Notes: generated from the sequence alone by a model not told the origin. A DNA stretch of 64,000 nt from an uncultured Gemmatimonadaceae bacterium (GCA_963761305.1 CAVXGK010000001.1:672001-736000), one strand, 5' to 3'. Positions 18,951-29,401 are shown, counted from the first letter of the stretch. Numbers and translations are program-made.

Positions 18951-19913
18951 TTATACGGTTATTCGATCGTAATTCAAAGGCGCTCGGTCAAGAACCGGCG
19001 TCCGTACATGGTCGAGGGCGACCTCGGCCCGGCGAAGGAGCTCGGTCGGCTCCAATCCCGCCGCGGACAGGTCGGCGATGGCGCAGTAGCCGGCACTCAA
19101 CGAGGCGACATGGCGGCCCGCACCGATGTTCCCGGTTCGCTCCAGGCTCGCGGACAAGCGGTTCACGAACTGCTCGGCACCGCCGGCGTCGGTGTCGGGC
19201 GCCAAAATGGCGAGCCGCGAACTGCCGAGGTACCCCAACACGTCCGACCGGCGACTCTGCTCCCGGCAGACGTCCAGGATCTGCAGCAACGCGTCGTGGC
19301 CGACGATCTCGCGCGTGATCTCCTCACTCGCGTACTCGCCGCTGGACCAGACCCGCATCTCGCCGCCCGGGTTCGGCCGGACCGCGACGCACGCCAGCGG
19401 CTCGTGGTTCCGAATGGCCCGCGCGCCGAGATGTCGTACCCACTGCTCGAGACCATGGCTGCTATACACCCCCGTGGCCGCGTCGAGCAGTCCGCCGCCG
19501 CGCGCATCCCGCACGGAATCCGCCGCGCGGACGAACGTCGCAAGCTTGAGCATCAGCGTTTCGACATCGAACGGCTGGCTGCAATACTCCCACGCGCCCG
19601 CCGCGAACGCCGCCGTGCCGGCGCGATACCCGCCGGCCACGGAGCTGGTCACGATGATCGGCGTCGAATGATCGAATAGCGGGTCGTCCCGCAGGGCCCG
19701 GCAGACCTCGACGCCGCCCATGTCGGTCGTAGCCGCATCGAGGAACAGCGCGTCGAGGGGCGTGCGTCGCGCGAGCTCCAAGGCCCGCCGACCGCGTTCG
19801 ACGCGCACGACGCTGTAACCGTTCAACTCGAGAACGCTCTCGAGCGAACGACCAGCCCATTCGCCGTCACTGGCGATCAACACCAGGCGTCCGCGCTTCT
19901 GTGGCTCGGCCAT
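18951..19913 (-). CDS. Pseudo-receiver plus degenerate GGDEF domain protein (possible c-di-GMP receptor)
   Basis: REC fold (ALFLD, GVEVCRAL, AGAWEYCSQPF); DAATGVYS; RRSD-VLGYL-GSSRL in place of RxxD-x5-GGDEF; LSAGYC. Confidence 0.8.
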   Translation of the reverse strand: MAEPQKRGRLVLIASDGEWAGRSLESVLELNGYSVVRVERGRRALELARRTPLDALFLDAATTDMGGVEVCRALRDDPLFDHSTPIIVTSSVAGGYRAGTAAFAAGAWEYCSQPFDVETLMLKLATFVRAADSVRDARGGGLLDAATGVYSSHGLEQWVRHLGARAIRNHEPLACVAVRPNPGGEMRVWSSGEYASEEITREIVGHDALLQILDVCREQSRRSDVLGYLGSSRLAILAPDTDAGGAEQFVNRLSASLERTGNIGAGRHVASLSAGYCAIADLSAAGLEPTELLRRAEVALDHVRTPVLDRAPLNYDRITV

Positions 19914-20317
19914 TTGGGTTCTTGAACGTTCGGAGTCTGACCGCGAAATCGAATGCTGGGTGCATCGTTTCGTTACAGCGCTCGTCGTCCGCCATCGCTC
20001 CCCAACGTCCGAAGAGCGAATCAAAATGATGAAGCCGCTAGCAATCGTCACCGCCAAAACATGGTTCCAGCGCGCGAATCAGTAGCAGCCTCTTCAATGA
20101 ACCCGAGTCATCCGAGCCCAGTGTGGCCGTCGAGCGGCCACGCGAAAAGGCATCTTCCGTTCCGGCATAGAATTGCCGGGGTTGTCGCTTAACCGATTCA
20201 TTACTAACAGTTTGGCCTGCGGCAAGCAAGCAGACCACCGACCCTCACCGGATCGAACTGTCGCGGCGGCGCGTCAATAGTGTCGTTTCCGGCCGCCAAG
20301 TAACCGGTCAGCGCACG

Positions 20318-23300
20318 CTACGGTGTCAGCGAGATTTGGAGGCCGAAGCTGCGAACCGTGGGCAACTGGCCAAGCTCGACACCCTGGAAGCTCGTCGAGC
20401 TCAGAGCGGTCTCCGGGTCGATGTTTGGCGCCTTGCTCCACATCGCCAAGTTCCGGCCGATCAGCGACACGCGGACGCTCTGGCCCGAGAGCGGCGTGAC
20501 CGCTCGGAGCGGCCACGAGAAGCTGACCCGAAGATCCCTCAGCTTCACGAAGCTCGCGTCGTAGACCCACGCCTCTTGGATCGGGGCCAGGGCCTGGTAA
20601 TACGCCTGGGTTGTCGCGCGAACAGTATTCGCCTTTCCGGTCGCGGCATCGACGCCGGCGAACGCTTGGCCACTGTCGGGACGCGACGCGGTCTCGGCGA
20701 AGGTGCCGGTCGTCATTCCGACCAGGTTCGTTGTGCTGAAAATGCTGCCACCCATCCTCGCGTCGACGAGCCCGGACACGTCAAACCATCCGACGTGCAG
20801 GTTCGAGGAAACGCCGCCGGTCCAACTCGGCGCCATCACACCGAGCACTCGTTGCTGCCCGTCCGACACCGGCAGCCCGTTTTGCAGAATCATCGCGCCC
20901 GACGCGTCGCGTTTGAACCCGCTGCCCACCAACGCGCCGAGCGCGTAGCCCTTGCGTGCCTCGACGGTGAGTCCGTAGACCGACGGACCAAGCGGAATCG
21001 CCGTCGCACCGTTGCTCAAGTCGTCGAGCGAATTCGTGTTCTTCGCCCATCGCGCGTCGACGGTCCAGAGCGTGCCGCTCGACGTACGGAGCGGAACCAG
21101 CGAGGCCTGCAGCTCGATGCCCTTGTTCGACAGCGTGCCAAGGTTGCTCGCCAGAATCGACGTCGAACCCGCCACCGCGCCGAGAATGACGCCGGTGGTC
21201 TGATCGTCATACAGCGTCACGTCGACGCCGAGCCGATTGCGCATGAACGACAGCGCTCCGCCGATCTCGAGCGACGTCGTGATCTCGGGGCTCAACCCGG
21301 CGCTCGCCGCGACCGTGGCAGCGGAATCAGCTGCCGGTATGAAGACGTTGTTGAGCAGCAGTGGTGATACTTCGTTCCCGGTCCGCGACCAGCCGGCGTG
21401 CACGATCGCCGAGTTCAGATTGTCGCCGTGAACCCCGGCGGCGCGCGCGAGATCGATCCGACCGACGACTGACGGGTAGAAAGCCGAGTTGCTTCCCGAT
21501 GCAAGGAGCGAATACCACTCGTTGCGCGCCGTCGCGGTGAGTGACGTATAGCTGTTCACCGCCCACTCGCCAGTCGCGAGAACGGAGTTCGTGGAAGTGT
21601 TGCTGTTCAAGATCGCCGGCGTGCCGGCGGTCGCCGTGCCGGTGTCGGGATGCTGGTCGGAACCGGCGGTGGACACGTTGAAGTTGCTGGATCGGTGCGA
21701 ATAGCCGCCCGTGAGTTTGAACGAGCTCGTCGATGCACCGGTTGCCGGATGGCCACCGAGGTCCGCCGAGAGCAGCAGATCTGCGTTCGTCTCCGACGCC
21801 GTGATATCCTGTCGCTGGAATCCACCCTTCGAGAAATCGCCGCGACCGTCCTCGAACGGGAACCCGCCCATCCATGACGACGCGATGTCGAAATTCCGCG
21901 ACTGGTCGTGGTGATCGGTTCCGAGGCGAGCCAGTGCGGTGAGATCGGGCGTCAACACGTACGACGCCGAACCGGCGGCGATCCAGCGCGTCCGGTCGTC
22001 GCGATTGCTGTTCTCCTGCTGCGCGAAGTACGGATTGTTGATTCCCGAGTAGATCCAGTTGATCTCGTTCAGGAAGGGGTCGTCCGTCGTGGTGTGTGCC
22101 TTCAGCGCGCTGAAGTCGACCTGCCGTCCGGTCTGCGCGAAGTCGGCGATCGAGTTCGACAAGTCGTAGCCCGTCGCGGGACGGTCCTCCGCGACATCGC
22201 TGTTCACCTGGACGTGGGCGTCCACACTGAGCGACGACGTCGGCTCGGCGCCGGCGCGTAGCGACGCGCCCTGTCGAGTCAGCGAGCTTCCGGGAACGAA
22301 ACCGCTGGAACTCCGCCTGTCGATCGACAACCGATAGTTCTCGTTCGCGCCGGCCTGCTGCGCGGCGGCGATCGTCGTCAGCGTCAATCCGCTGCCGAAG
22401 AAATCCGCGACATTGTTCGGCCGAGGGAGCCACAGACGCACGTCGCCGAGCCGCGGAACGGTGAGGCTCGCCTGAGCGATCGCCTGGCCCGACAGCGCCG
22501 GCCCCCAGTTCTGCGCGACCCCGTCATTGGTGCCGCCGCCCGCCCCGTCGAAGAACGAATACTGACCGTTCAGCCCTTGGCCATAAGCATTCTGAAATGA
22601 CGGCAGCCTGAGCGCCGTCTCGCTCGACGCGGTTTGGCTCGCCGAGACCTCGAACCCGGAGAATCCGCTCCCGCCGCGCGTGGTAATGAGGATCACGCCA
22701 TTCGCGCCCCTCCCGCCCCAGATCGCGGCAGCGGGTCCCCGCAGAACCTGCACGGACGCAATCTCCCCCGGTTCGATGCTCTGAATCGGATTGCCGTAGT
22801 CGAAGCCGCCCGTTCCGAACGGCTGCCCCGGCGCCACGAAGCTCGTGTTCTCGATGGGTACACCGTCGACCACAAAAAGCGGCTGCGTGTTGCCGAGGAC
22901 CGAGCGATAGCCGCGCAGAATTGCGACGGACGATCCGCCGACAGCCGATCCGCTCGTCACGTCGAGCCCGACGACGCGCCCCGCGAGAGCGCTCACCACG
23001 TCCGTGGGTCCCGGCAACTGCTCGAAGGCGGTGCTGTCGAGCGTAGGGCGCGGGGCGATAACGGCCGCTCGCGGCCCTGGCGCGGTGGCGTTCTGCCCGG
23101 CCGACTGCGGGTCGACCGTTCCACGCGAATCGCCGACCGGGAAAAGCTCGAAGTCCTGGGTCAGCGTCCCGCCCGTCAGCACGATGGGAATGCTCGCCGG
23201 ATTATAGCGCACCTGCCTGGCCTCGAGCGCCACCGTCTGCCCCCGCACACTCGATGACCGCACGATGAACGTGAAGCGGCCGTCCGCGTTGGTCGTCGTG

Positions 23301-23476
23301 CCGATCCCCAACTCGCGAATTCGCACCGTCGCCCCCTGCACGGGCCGGCCGCCCGCCGAGACGTGCCCCGTGATGGACTCTGGCTCCTGCGCGAGCGCCG
23401 ACGGCGCGGCGCGGTGCGCCACGGATGCGAGCGCCAGAAACAAGGCGAAGGACTTCCAACCGCGGAGGACCGTCAT
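20318..23476 (-). CDS. SusC/RagA-family TonB-dependent outer membrane receptor
   Basis: N-terminal carboxypeptidase-regulatory-like domain, QPLFVVDGVPI, VLRGPAAAIWGGRGANGVILITT plug motif, DASFVKLRDL, terminal beta-strand. Confidence 0.92.
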   Translation of the reverse strand: MTVLRGWKSFALFLALASVAHRAAPSALAQEPESITGHVSAGGRPVQGATVRIRELGIGTTTNADGRFTFIVRSSSVRGQTVALEARQVRYNPASIPIVLTGGTLTQDFELFPVGDSRGTVDPQSAGQNATAPGPRAAVIAPRPTLDSTAFEQLPGPTDVVSALAGRVVGLDVTSGSAVGGSSVAILRGYRSVLGNTQPLFVVDGVPIENTSFVAPGQPFGTGGFDYGNPIQSIEPGEIASVQVLRGPAAAIWGGRGANGVILITTRGGSGFSGFEVSASQTASSETALRLPSFQNAYGQGLNGQYSFFDGAGGGTNDGVAQNWGPALSGQAIAQASLTVPRLGDVRLWLPRPNNVADFFGSGLTLTTIAAAQQAGANENYRLSIDRRSSSGFVPGSSLTRQGASLRAGAEPTSSLSVDAHVQVNSDVAEDRPATGYDLSNSIADFAQTGRQVDFSALKAHTTTDDPFLNEINWIYSGINNPYFAQQENSNRDDRTRWIAAGSASYVLTPDLTALARLGTDHHDQSRNFDIASSWMGGFPFEDGRGDFSKGGFQRQDITASETNADLLLSADLGGHPATGASTSSFKLTGGYSHRSSNFNVSTAGSDQHPDTGTATAGTPAILNSNTSTNSVLATGEWAVNSYTSLTATARNEWYSLLASGSNSAFYPSVVGRIDLARAAGVHGDNLNSAIVHAGWSRTGNEVSPLLLNNVFIPAADSAATVAASAGLSPEITTSLEIGGALSFMRNRLGVDVTLYDDQTTGVILGAVAGSTSILASNLGTLSNKGIELQASLVPLRTSSGTLWTVDARWAKNTNSLDDLSNGATAIPLGPSVYGLTVEARKGYALGALVGSGFKRDASGAMILQNGLPVSDGQQRVLGVMAPSWTGGVSSNLHVGWFDVSGLVDARMGGSIFSTTNLVGMTTGTFAETASRPDSGQAFAGVDAATGKANTVRATTQAYYQALAPIQEAWVYDASFVKLRDLRVSFSWPLRAVTPLSGQSVRVSLIGRNLAMWSKAPNIDPETALSSTSFQGVELGQLPTVRSFGLQISLTP

Positions 23477-23551
23477 GAGACCTCTAGAAATTAGAAGCTG
23501 TCGAAGGCGGCCATTCAGACGGGCGACGCCGCCGGGCCCCGACCAGATGGA

Positions 23552-25591
23552 CTACGGCGTGACTCCCAGGATGACGAAGCGCGGAATGCTCCGCGTCGCC
23601 ACCGTCTTATCACCCAACTCGCCGGCCAAGTTGTCCCCCCAACACGCGAGCGATCCATCCGTCGTGAGACCGCAGGAGTGCGCGACCCCCGTGAAGATGG
23701 ACTTGAACTTGAGTCCGCCGACGACCGGCGTCGGGTCGGTACGACTGACGTTCGTGCTGTCGCCGAGCTGGCCGAACTGGTTGTTCCCCCAGCAATACGC
23801 CGACCCATCGCCCGTCAGCGCGCACGCGTGCCCGCTGCCGACCGCCAACGACACGAAAACCGGGGCACCGACGTACTGGTGCGGAACCGCGACCGCGCCG
23901 ATTCCCTGCACCGCGCCCCAGCAGTATGCCTGTCCGCTGGTCGTCAGCCCGCACGTCCACGGATCTCCGCCGCCGATGGCCTGGAAAGACAGACCGCCGG
24001 CGACGAGCGTCGGCGCCACGCGGTTGATCCCCGTGCCGTCTCCGAGCTGCCCGAATTGGTTCGATCCCCAGCACAGCGCGTCGTGCGACACCGTGAGCGC
24101 ACACGCGTGGTTCAGACCCGCGGCAATGGTGGAGAACTTGAAGCCGCCGAACACCGCCGTCGGAGCGAATCGCGAGGTTGTGTCGCCGCGCGTCCCGAGC
24201 TGACCGAGCTGGTTCGATCCCCAGCAGTACGCGTCCTGAGTCGTCGTGATCGCGCAGGTGTGCGAAGCACCGGGGGCGACCTGCGCCCACGCGAGCGCGC
24301 TGGGAAGCTGCGTCGGCACGGTCGCGAGCCCGGCGTTCTTGCCGGTCGTGTCGACGAGCGCGTTGATGCCCCAACACGAGATCGTATTGCCGGTCGCGAC
24401 GCCGCAGAAGTGCGTGGAGCTTCCGGCGATCGACTGCAGGGAAACGGCCGCTCCAACCTGGGTCGGGGTCGACTTGTTGACCGTGTCGCCGCCGCCGATC
24501 TGCGGCTCCTGGCCCATGCAACTCGGCACGCCGCCGGCGTCGAGACCGCACGTCGAGAAACCGCCGAGCGCCACGTGCACGGGAGTGTAGTGGATCGCCG
24601 TCCCCGTGCTGGTCGCCTGAAGCTTGAGCGTTCCACTTTCGACACGCGCTATGAGATTTTGAACGCCAGAGATGTCACCAAGCGTCCAGGTCCCGGGCGA
24701 AGCGACGCCGTCGGCTCCAGTGGACACCGTTGGAAACGGCACCCTGCCGCCACCCGTCGCCGAGAACGTGATCGGCACGCCGGCCCGCGGTTTTCCGAGG
24801 GAATCGACGAGTTTCACGGACGGCGCAATCGGGAGGTCGGAAAGGATCTGACCCGTTTGATGGTCGCCGGCTATCGCGGCGAGCGCTGCGTAGGACGTCA
24901 CTCCGAACGACACCGGGTTGCCGCCGACGAACGCGAGAGGCTGATTCGTCGTGTCGACGACCGCCGCCGTGATCGAGTTGAAGTTCGGGTTCGCGCCGAG
25001 CGTCCATTGTGTCGCCGCCAATCCGTTGGAGCTCGACGTCGTCACGGTCTGCGAAACCGAACCACCGCCGCCCGTCACCGCGAACAACACACGCGCCCCG
25101 CCAACCGGCGCGCCGGACTTGTTCGTGACGAACACGCGAATCGAGTCGGAGACGATCGCCCCCGGCGTCGCCGCGTTGGGCGGCGTCCAGGCGAACCGCG
25201 CGATGGTGGCGGCGCCGTTCCAAACCACGACGACCGTCACCGGCTTCGAGGTAAATCCGAGCGTCGAAGCAGTGACGACCGTCGCTCCGGTATCGACAGC
25301 CGTCAAGACGCCCTTGGAGTCAAAGGTCGCGGCGTTGTCGTTGCTGCTCTGCCAGACCACCGGCACGCTGATCGCGCGATCGAGTTGATCGTTCACGACG
25401 GCGGAGAACTGTTGTCGAGTCCCACGCTCGAGTGTCGCCGAAGGCGGGTCGATCGTGATCGAACCGACTTTCTGCACCTGCGTCAACGTGCCGTCGCTGC
25501 TGCACGAGAGGCACGCCAGCGCGCACACGATTGTGGCGCCAAGCGCGATGAGCGAACCAACCCCTTTTTCGCGTGTTCTACCCGGCTGCAA
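23552..25591 (-). CDS. Putative lipoprotein with Ig-like domains and RCC1 (beta-propeller) repeats
   Basis: Lipobox-like ALACLSC; Big-like segments (VWQSSN, TQWTLG); repeated HTC...AYCWGxNxxGQLG. Confidence 0.88.
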   Translation of the reverse strand: MQPGRTREKGVGSLIALGATIVCALACLSCSSDGTLTQVQKVGSITIDPPSATLERGTRQQFSAVVNDQLDRAISVPVVWQSSNDNAATFDSKGVLTAVDTGATVVTASTLGFTSKPVTVVVVWNGAATIARFAWTPPNAATPGAIVSDSIRVFVTNKSGAPVGGARVLFAVTGGGGSVSQTVTTSSSNGLAATQWTLGANPNFNSITAAVVDTTNQPLAFVGGNPVSFGVTSYAALAAIAGDHQTGQILSDLPIAPSVKLVDSLGKPRAGVPITFSATGGGRVPFPTVSTGADGVASPGTWTLGDISGVQNLIARVESGTLKLQATSTGTAIHYTPVHVALGGFSTCGLDAGGVPSCMGQEPQIGGGDTVNKSTPTQVGAAVSLQSIAGSSTHFCGVATGNTISCWGINALVDTTGKNAGLATVPTQLPSALAWAQVAPGASHTCAITTTQDAYCWGSNQLGQLGTRGDTTSRFAPTAVFGGFKFSTIAAGLNHACALTVSHDALCWGSNQFGQLGDGTGINRVAPTLVAGGLSFQAIGGGDPWTCGLTTSGQAYCWGAVQGIGAVAVPHQYVGAPVFVSLAVGSGHACALTGDGSAYCWGNNQFGQLGDSTNVSRTDPTPVVGGLKFKSIFTGVAHSCGLTTDGSLACWGDNLAGELGDKTVATRSIPRFVILGVTP

Positions 25592-25799
25592 GCGGCGTTT
25601 CCGTTTCGGAGATGTTGGTGAGGCTCGGCTGGGACGCGGCGAGTTACGTGATTATCACTGCAAAGGGACGATCGACGCACAGCGTGGCGACATCACGAGG
25701 GCAGCACGCGAGAAATCTGCCGTTCTGGCCGAACAGTATTGCGCCGCCCAATAACCGGCAACTTGCGATTTCGTTAAGCTCGCTAACCGAACCTTGACC

Positions 25800-25838
25800 T
25801 GTTGCGCGTATCCCGTGACCCGTTGCCGGGTTGCAACA
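25800..25838. promoter_or_regulatory. Tandem candidate activator sites in the divergent RCC1/wza promoter region
   Basis: TGTTGC at 25800 and CGTTGCCGGGTTGCAACA at 25821. Confidence 0.4.
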
Positions 25839-26030
25839 ACACTCGTCCGGACACATACTTGCCCTCTCCGCTAAACCACGCTAGCCGGGGTCGCGCCGTC
25901 CCGTGCTTCGGGATCGTCTCAATCCGACGGTGGTACGGTGAGTGCTAGTCCTCAGGGACCGCAAAACGTTGCACGGTCTAACCGCCGGAGAGGGCCGAAA
26001 CCCACCGATGCATCCAAACAACGCGACTTC

Positions 26031-26807
26031 ATGTCCTGCCATCCAGCAATGCTAAGGGTTGTCGTCGGAACGACTGTCGGCCTGTTAGCGCTCGGCAATC
26101 CTTGCCGAGCGCAGGACGGCGCTGCGAATCCGCCGACCCGGCGGGAGTTCGAAAGTCGCGCGGAACTCGAGGCTCAGGCGAAGACGGCGGAGGCCCAACA
26201 TCGAACCGGCGAAGCTTGGCTGCTTCGCCAGCGGTTAGAAAAAGGCGACTTCCAGGACGGCGATCGCATTGTCATCGTGATGCAAGGCAACGCGTTGATG
26301 CCAAAGGATTTCACAGGTATTCCGGACACGAACATCGTTCGCGCGGGGCGCCGACTCCAGTTCCAGCGGATGGCAGACCTCAGCCTGGACGGCGTGCTTC
26401 GCTCGGAGCTCAACGACAAGTTGACCGAGTATTTCTCGGTTTATTTCAGATCGCCCTCGGTAAGGAGCACACCCCTCCTGCGGATTGCGGTGCTCGGCAC
26501 CGTGGGTAAGCCGGGGTATGTCTATACCCTTGCCGACGCCCCCCTGAGTGATCTCATCATGCAGGCGGGAGGACCAGGCAGCAGCGCGAACATGGCCGGA
26601 ATTGAGATTCGACGAGGCGCCGATGTGATCTGGAACGATCAGGACACCCGCGCCGCGTTGGCCGACGGCATGTCTCTCGACCGTTTACATCTGCGCGCCG
26701 GGGACGAGGTCTTCATTCCGGCGCAGCGAGACATATCGTGGCTGGCTGTTATTTCGGTAGCGGTCTCGACTGCCGCATTTCTGATTACGATTTTGCACTT
26801 CAGGTAA
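26031..26807 (+). CDS. Polysaccharide export protein (Wza/OPX-like, SLBB domain)
   Basis: VLGTVGKPG, LIMQAGG, LRAGDEVFIP; directly upstream of wzc; start uncertain. Confidence 0.75.
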   Translation: MSCHPAMLRVVVGTTVGLLALGNPCRAQDGAANPPTRREFESRAELEAQAKTAEAQHRTGEAWLLRQRLEKGDFQDGDRIVIVMQGNALMPKDFTGIPDTNIVRAGRRLQFQRMADLSLDGVLRSELNDKLTEYFSVYFRSPSVRSTPLLRIAVLGTVGKPGYVYTLADAPLSDLIMQAGGPGSSANMAGIEIRRGADVIWNDQDTRAALADGMSLDRLHLRAGDEVFIPAQRDISWLAVISVAVSTAAFLITILHFR

Positions 26808-26869
26808 ATAATCTTTCCGACGGGGTCGATCCTTAGTTTCCGATGACTCGCCGCCTTTCCGATAATTCC

Positions 26870-29254
26870 ATGTCCGACGAAGCCGCCCCACTGCAACTCG
26901 TTCACTCGCCGGAATCGACCGCGATCGAGCTGTCGGATCACGCGCCGTCGCTGTCGGCTTTGCCAAGTCAGCCGTTTGAACGCGCGCGCGGCGCGCTCCG
27001 GCGATACAAGTGGCTGATGTTGGTGGTGGTCGTGTTGGCGGTTGGAGGCGGCTTTGCCGCGACGCGGTTCGTGAAGCCGCTGTACGACGTCAGCGCGACA
27101 ATCTTGATTCAGTCCGAGACGCCGATGTCGAGGAACGGCGGCGCGTTCAAGGCCGAAGAGCTTTTGAGCTCCGGCGCGTGGGTCGATCTCCTCAAGAGCC
27201 CGCGGGTCGCCGACGCCGTGGTGAAGAACCTGGGACTCTATGTCCGACCCGACAACCCAGGCGATTCGACGGCGATGCGCGGATTCGCCATCGCCGAGCG
27301 TTTTGCCAAGGGCCGGTACCAATTGGCTATCGATCGCGATCGGAAGACGTGGCGGCTTCAGCTGGCCTCAGGCAATGCCGTCGACAGCGGCACGGTCAGC
27401 GACTCGGTCGGAAGGGCTCTCGGCTTCAAGTGGCTCCTTCCCGCCGTCCTGTTCGACGGATCCGGCACGAAGAAGGTGCCGTTCACGGTATCGACGCCGC
27501 GCGAGACGGCGCTGGACTACATTGGCCGCCTCAGCGCGACGCTGCCCGACCGCGGCACGTTCATGACGCTTACGATGCGCGACGACGATCCGCAGTTGAG
27601 CGCGCGGACGATGAACGCATGGATGCATGAATACGTCGACGTCGCGGAGCAGCTCAAAAAGCAGAACGTCGTCGAGTACTCGGCGATCCTGTCCGGACAG
27701 TTGGCGACCGCCGAGAAGAGCCTGCACGACGCCGAGAACGCGCTCGAAGCGTTTCGGGTCCAGACGATCACCATCACGCCCCCCGCCGGGGCCCTCCAGC
27801 CCGGTGTCGCCGAGACGACCGACCCGGCAATCAAGAACTACTTCACACGGAAATTCGAGTACGACGATCTCAAACACGACCGCGAGGCGCTCGAGAGGAT
27901 TCTCTCGAATCCGTCGGACAGCGTGTCCGTCGAGGCGGCGCTGCTGATTCCAAGCGTGAGCCAGAGCCCGAGTGCCGGGGCGCTTCGCGACGCGTTCAAT
28001 GATCTGAACAAATCTCAGGCGGCACTCGCGACGGCACGGCAGGCCTACACGGACGAATACGCCACCGTCAAGGATCTCAAGGCCAACATCGAACAGATTC
28101 AGACGCAAACAATTCCGCGTCTGGCGCAGGCGCTGTTGACCCAGCTCAGGGACCGCGAAGGGCAGTTCCAGCAGCGCATCAGCGGCGAATCGCAAGAGCT
28201 GCAGAAAATCCCGGAGCGCACGATCGAGGAAATGCGGCTCAGCCGCCAGGTGGCTGTCCAGGAACAGGTATACAACACGGTCAAGACGACGTACACGCAA
28301 GCGCAAATGTCCGAGGCGAGCACGACACCCGACGTCCGGATTCTGGACACGGCCATCGCCCCGTTGTATCCGTCGAAGAACACGAAGCCGCGCCTGATGG
28401 CGATGGCGCTGCTGGCCGGCATTGGCGGTGCGATCGCCCTCGCGCTCTTGCTCGACACCTTCGATCGCCGCATTCGCTATCCGGAACAGGTGACGAATGA
28501 GCTCGGGCTCAACATCGCCGCGGCGATTCCGAAGTTCCCGCGGGGAACGGTGAACACGCGCTCGCCGGAGCAGATCGCACATCTCGTCGAGGCTTTCCGC
28601 TCGCTCCGAATGCACGTCCGGCACGCCGGCCTCACTCCTATCACACTCGCCATCTCCAGCCCCCAACCTGGCGACGGGAAATCGTTCGTGTCGGCGAACC
28701 TCGCGATGTCGTTCGCGGACGCCGGCTACCGGACGATTCTCGTCGACGGCGATACGCGGCGAGGCATGGCGCACGAAGTATTCGGCTTGTCGATGGACAA
28801 CGGACTCACTGACTACCTGTCAGGGTCGGCCGACGTCTCGCAGATCATCAGGCCGACCGCGCACGAACGTCTCGCCTTCGCACCGTGCGGCCGGCGGCGA
28901 CCCAACAGCCCGGAACTGCTCACCTCGTCGGCGCTACCGAGGCTCGTGGCCGAGCTTCGAAATCGGTACGACGTCGTGTTGTTCGACACGCCGCCGCTGA
29001 ACGCAGGCATCGATGCCTACGCCATCAGCTCGGCCGTCGCCAACATGGTTGTGGTCCTTCGTGCAGGCAAAACCGAACGGCGCCTCGCCGCCGCGAAACT
29101 CTTGCTGGCTGACCGGCTGCCGATCAACATCCTCGGCGCGGTACTCAACGCGGTGCAGCTCGACGGCGAATTCCAGTACTATGGCTACGCGTCCGGTTAC
29201 GACTACACGGATGATGAATCGACGTCGGATTCCACGTCACTCCAAAAAACATGA
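26870..29254 (+). CDS. wzc: Wzc-type polysaccharide co-polymerase / tyrosine autokinase
   Basis: Two TM helices flanking a coiled coil; Walker A PGDGKS, LVDGDTRR, FDTPP; C-terminal Tyr cluster QYYGYASGYDY. Confidence 0.92.
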   Translation: MSDEAAPLQLVHSPESTAIELSDHAPSLSALPSQPFERARGALRRYKWLMLVVVVLAVGGGFAATRFVKPLYDVSATILIQSETPMSRNGGAFKAEELLSSGAWVDLLKSPRVADAVVKNLGLYVRPDNPGDSTAMRGFAIAERFAKGRYQLAIDRDRKTWRLQLASGNAVDSGTVSDSVGRALGFKWLLPAVLFDGSGTKKVPFTVSTPRETALDYIGRLSATLPDRGTFMTLTMRDDDPQLSARTMNAWMHEYVDVAEQLKKQNVVEYSAILSGQLATAEKSLHDAENALEAFRVQTITITPPAGALQPGVAETTDPAIKNYFTRKFEYDDLKHDREALERILSNPSDSVSVEAALLIPSVSQSPSAGALRDAFNDLNKSQAALATARQAYTDEYATVKDLKANIEQIQTQTIPRLAQALLTQLRDREGQFQQRISGESQELQKIPERTIEEMRLSRQVAVQEQVYNTVKTTYTQAQMSEASTTPDVRILDTAIAPLYPSKNTKPRLMAMALLAGIGGAIALALLLDTFDRRIRYPEQVTNELGLNIAAAIPKFPRGTVNTRSPEQIAHLVEAFRSLRMHVRHAGLTPITLAISSPQPGDGKSFVSANLAMSFADAGYRTILVDGDTRRGMAHEVFGLSMDNGLTDYLSGSADVSQIIRPTAHERLAFAPCGRRRPNSPELLTSSALPRLVAELRNRYDVVLFDTPPLNAGIDAYAISSAVANMVVVLRAGKTERRLAAAKLLLADRLPINILGAVLNAVQLDGEFQYYGYASGYDYTDDESTSDSTSLQKT

Positions 29255-29363
29255 CGAGCGCCGCGGGCGAAACGAGCTCGTTGGCCCACGTTGTGAATCA
29301 GATGCAGGACCCTGGTGGTCCTGCATTTTTTTGTGGCTTGGCAGGCGAACTTGCGTACGCTTT

Positions 29364-29401
29364 TGTTGCAGCAAAACAAAACCTGTGGGACGGTCGCAAC
29401 A
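29364..29401. promoter_or_regulatory. Tandem candidate activator sites upstream of the priming transferase
   Basis: TGTTGC at 29364 and TGTGGGACGGTCGCAACA at 29384, in an AT-rich intergenic region. Confidence 0.4.

Noticed and set aside
23600..24350. Repeated DNA units suggesting a CRISPR or repeat array
   Set aside because: They are coding RCC1 repeats (CWGxNxxGQLG), with no spacer structure and no cas genes.
29339..29354. TGGC...TTGC sigma-54-like sites near 29340 and 32500
   Set aside because: Spacing is one base too long for GG-N10-GC.
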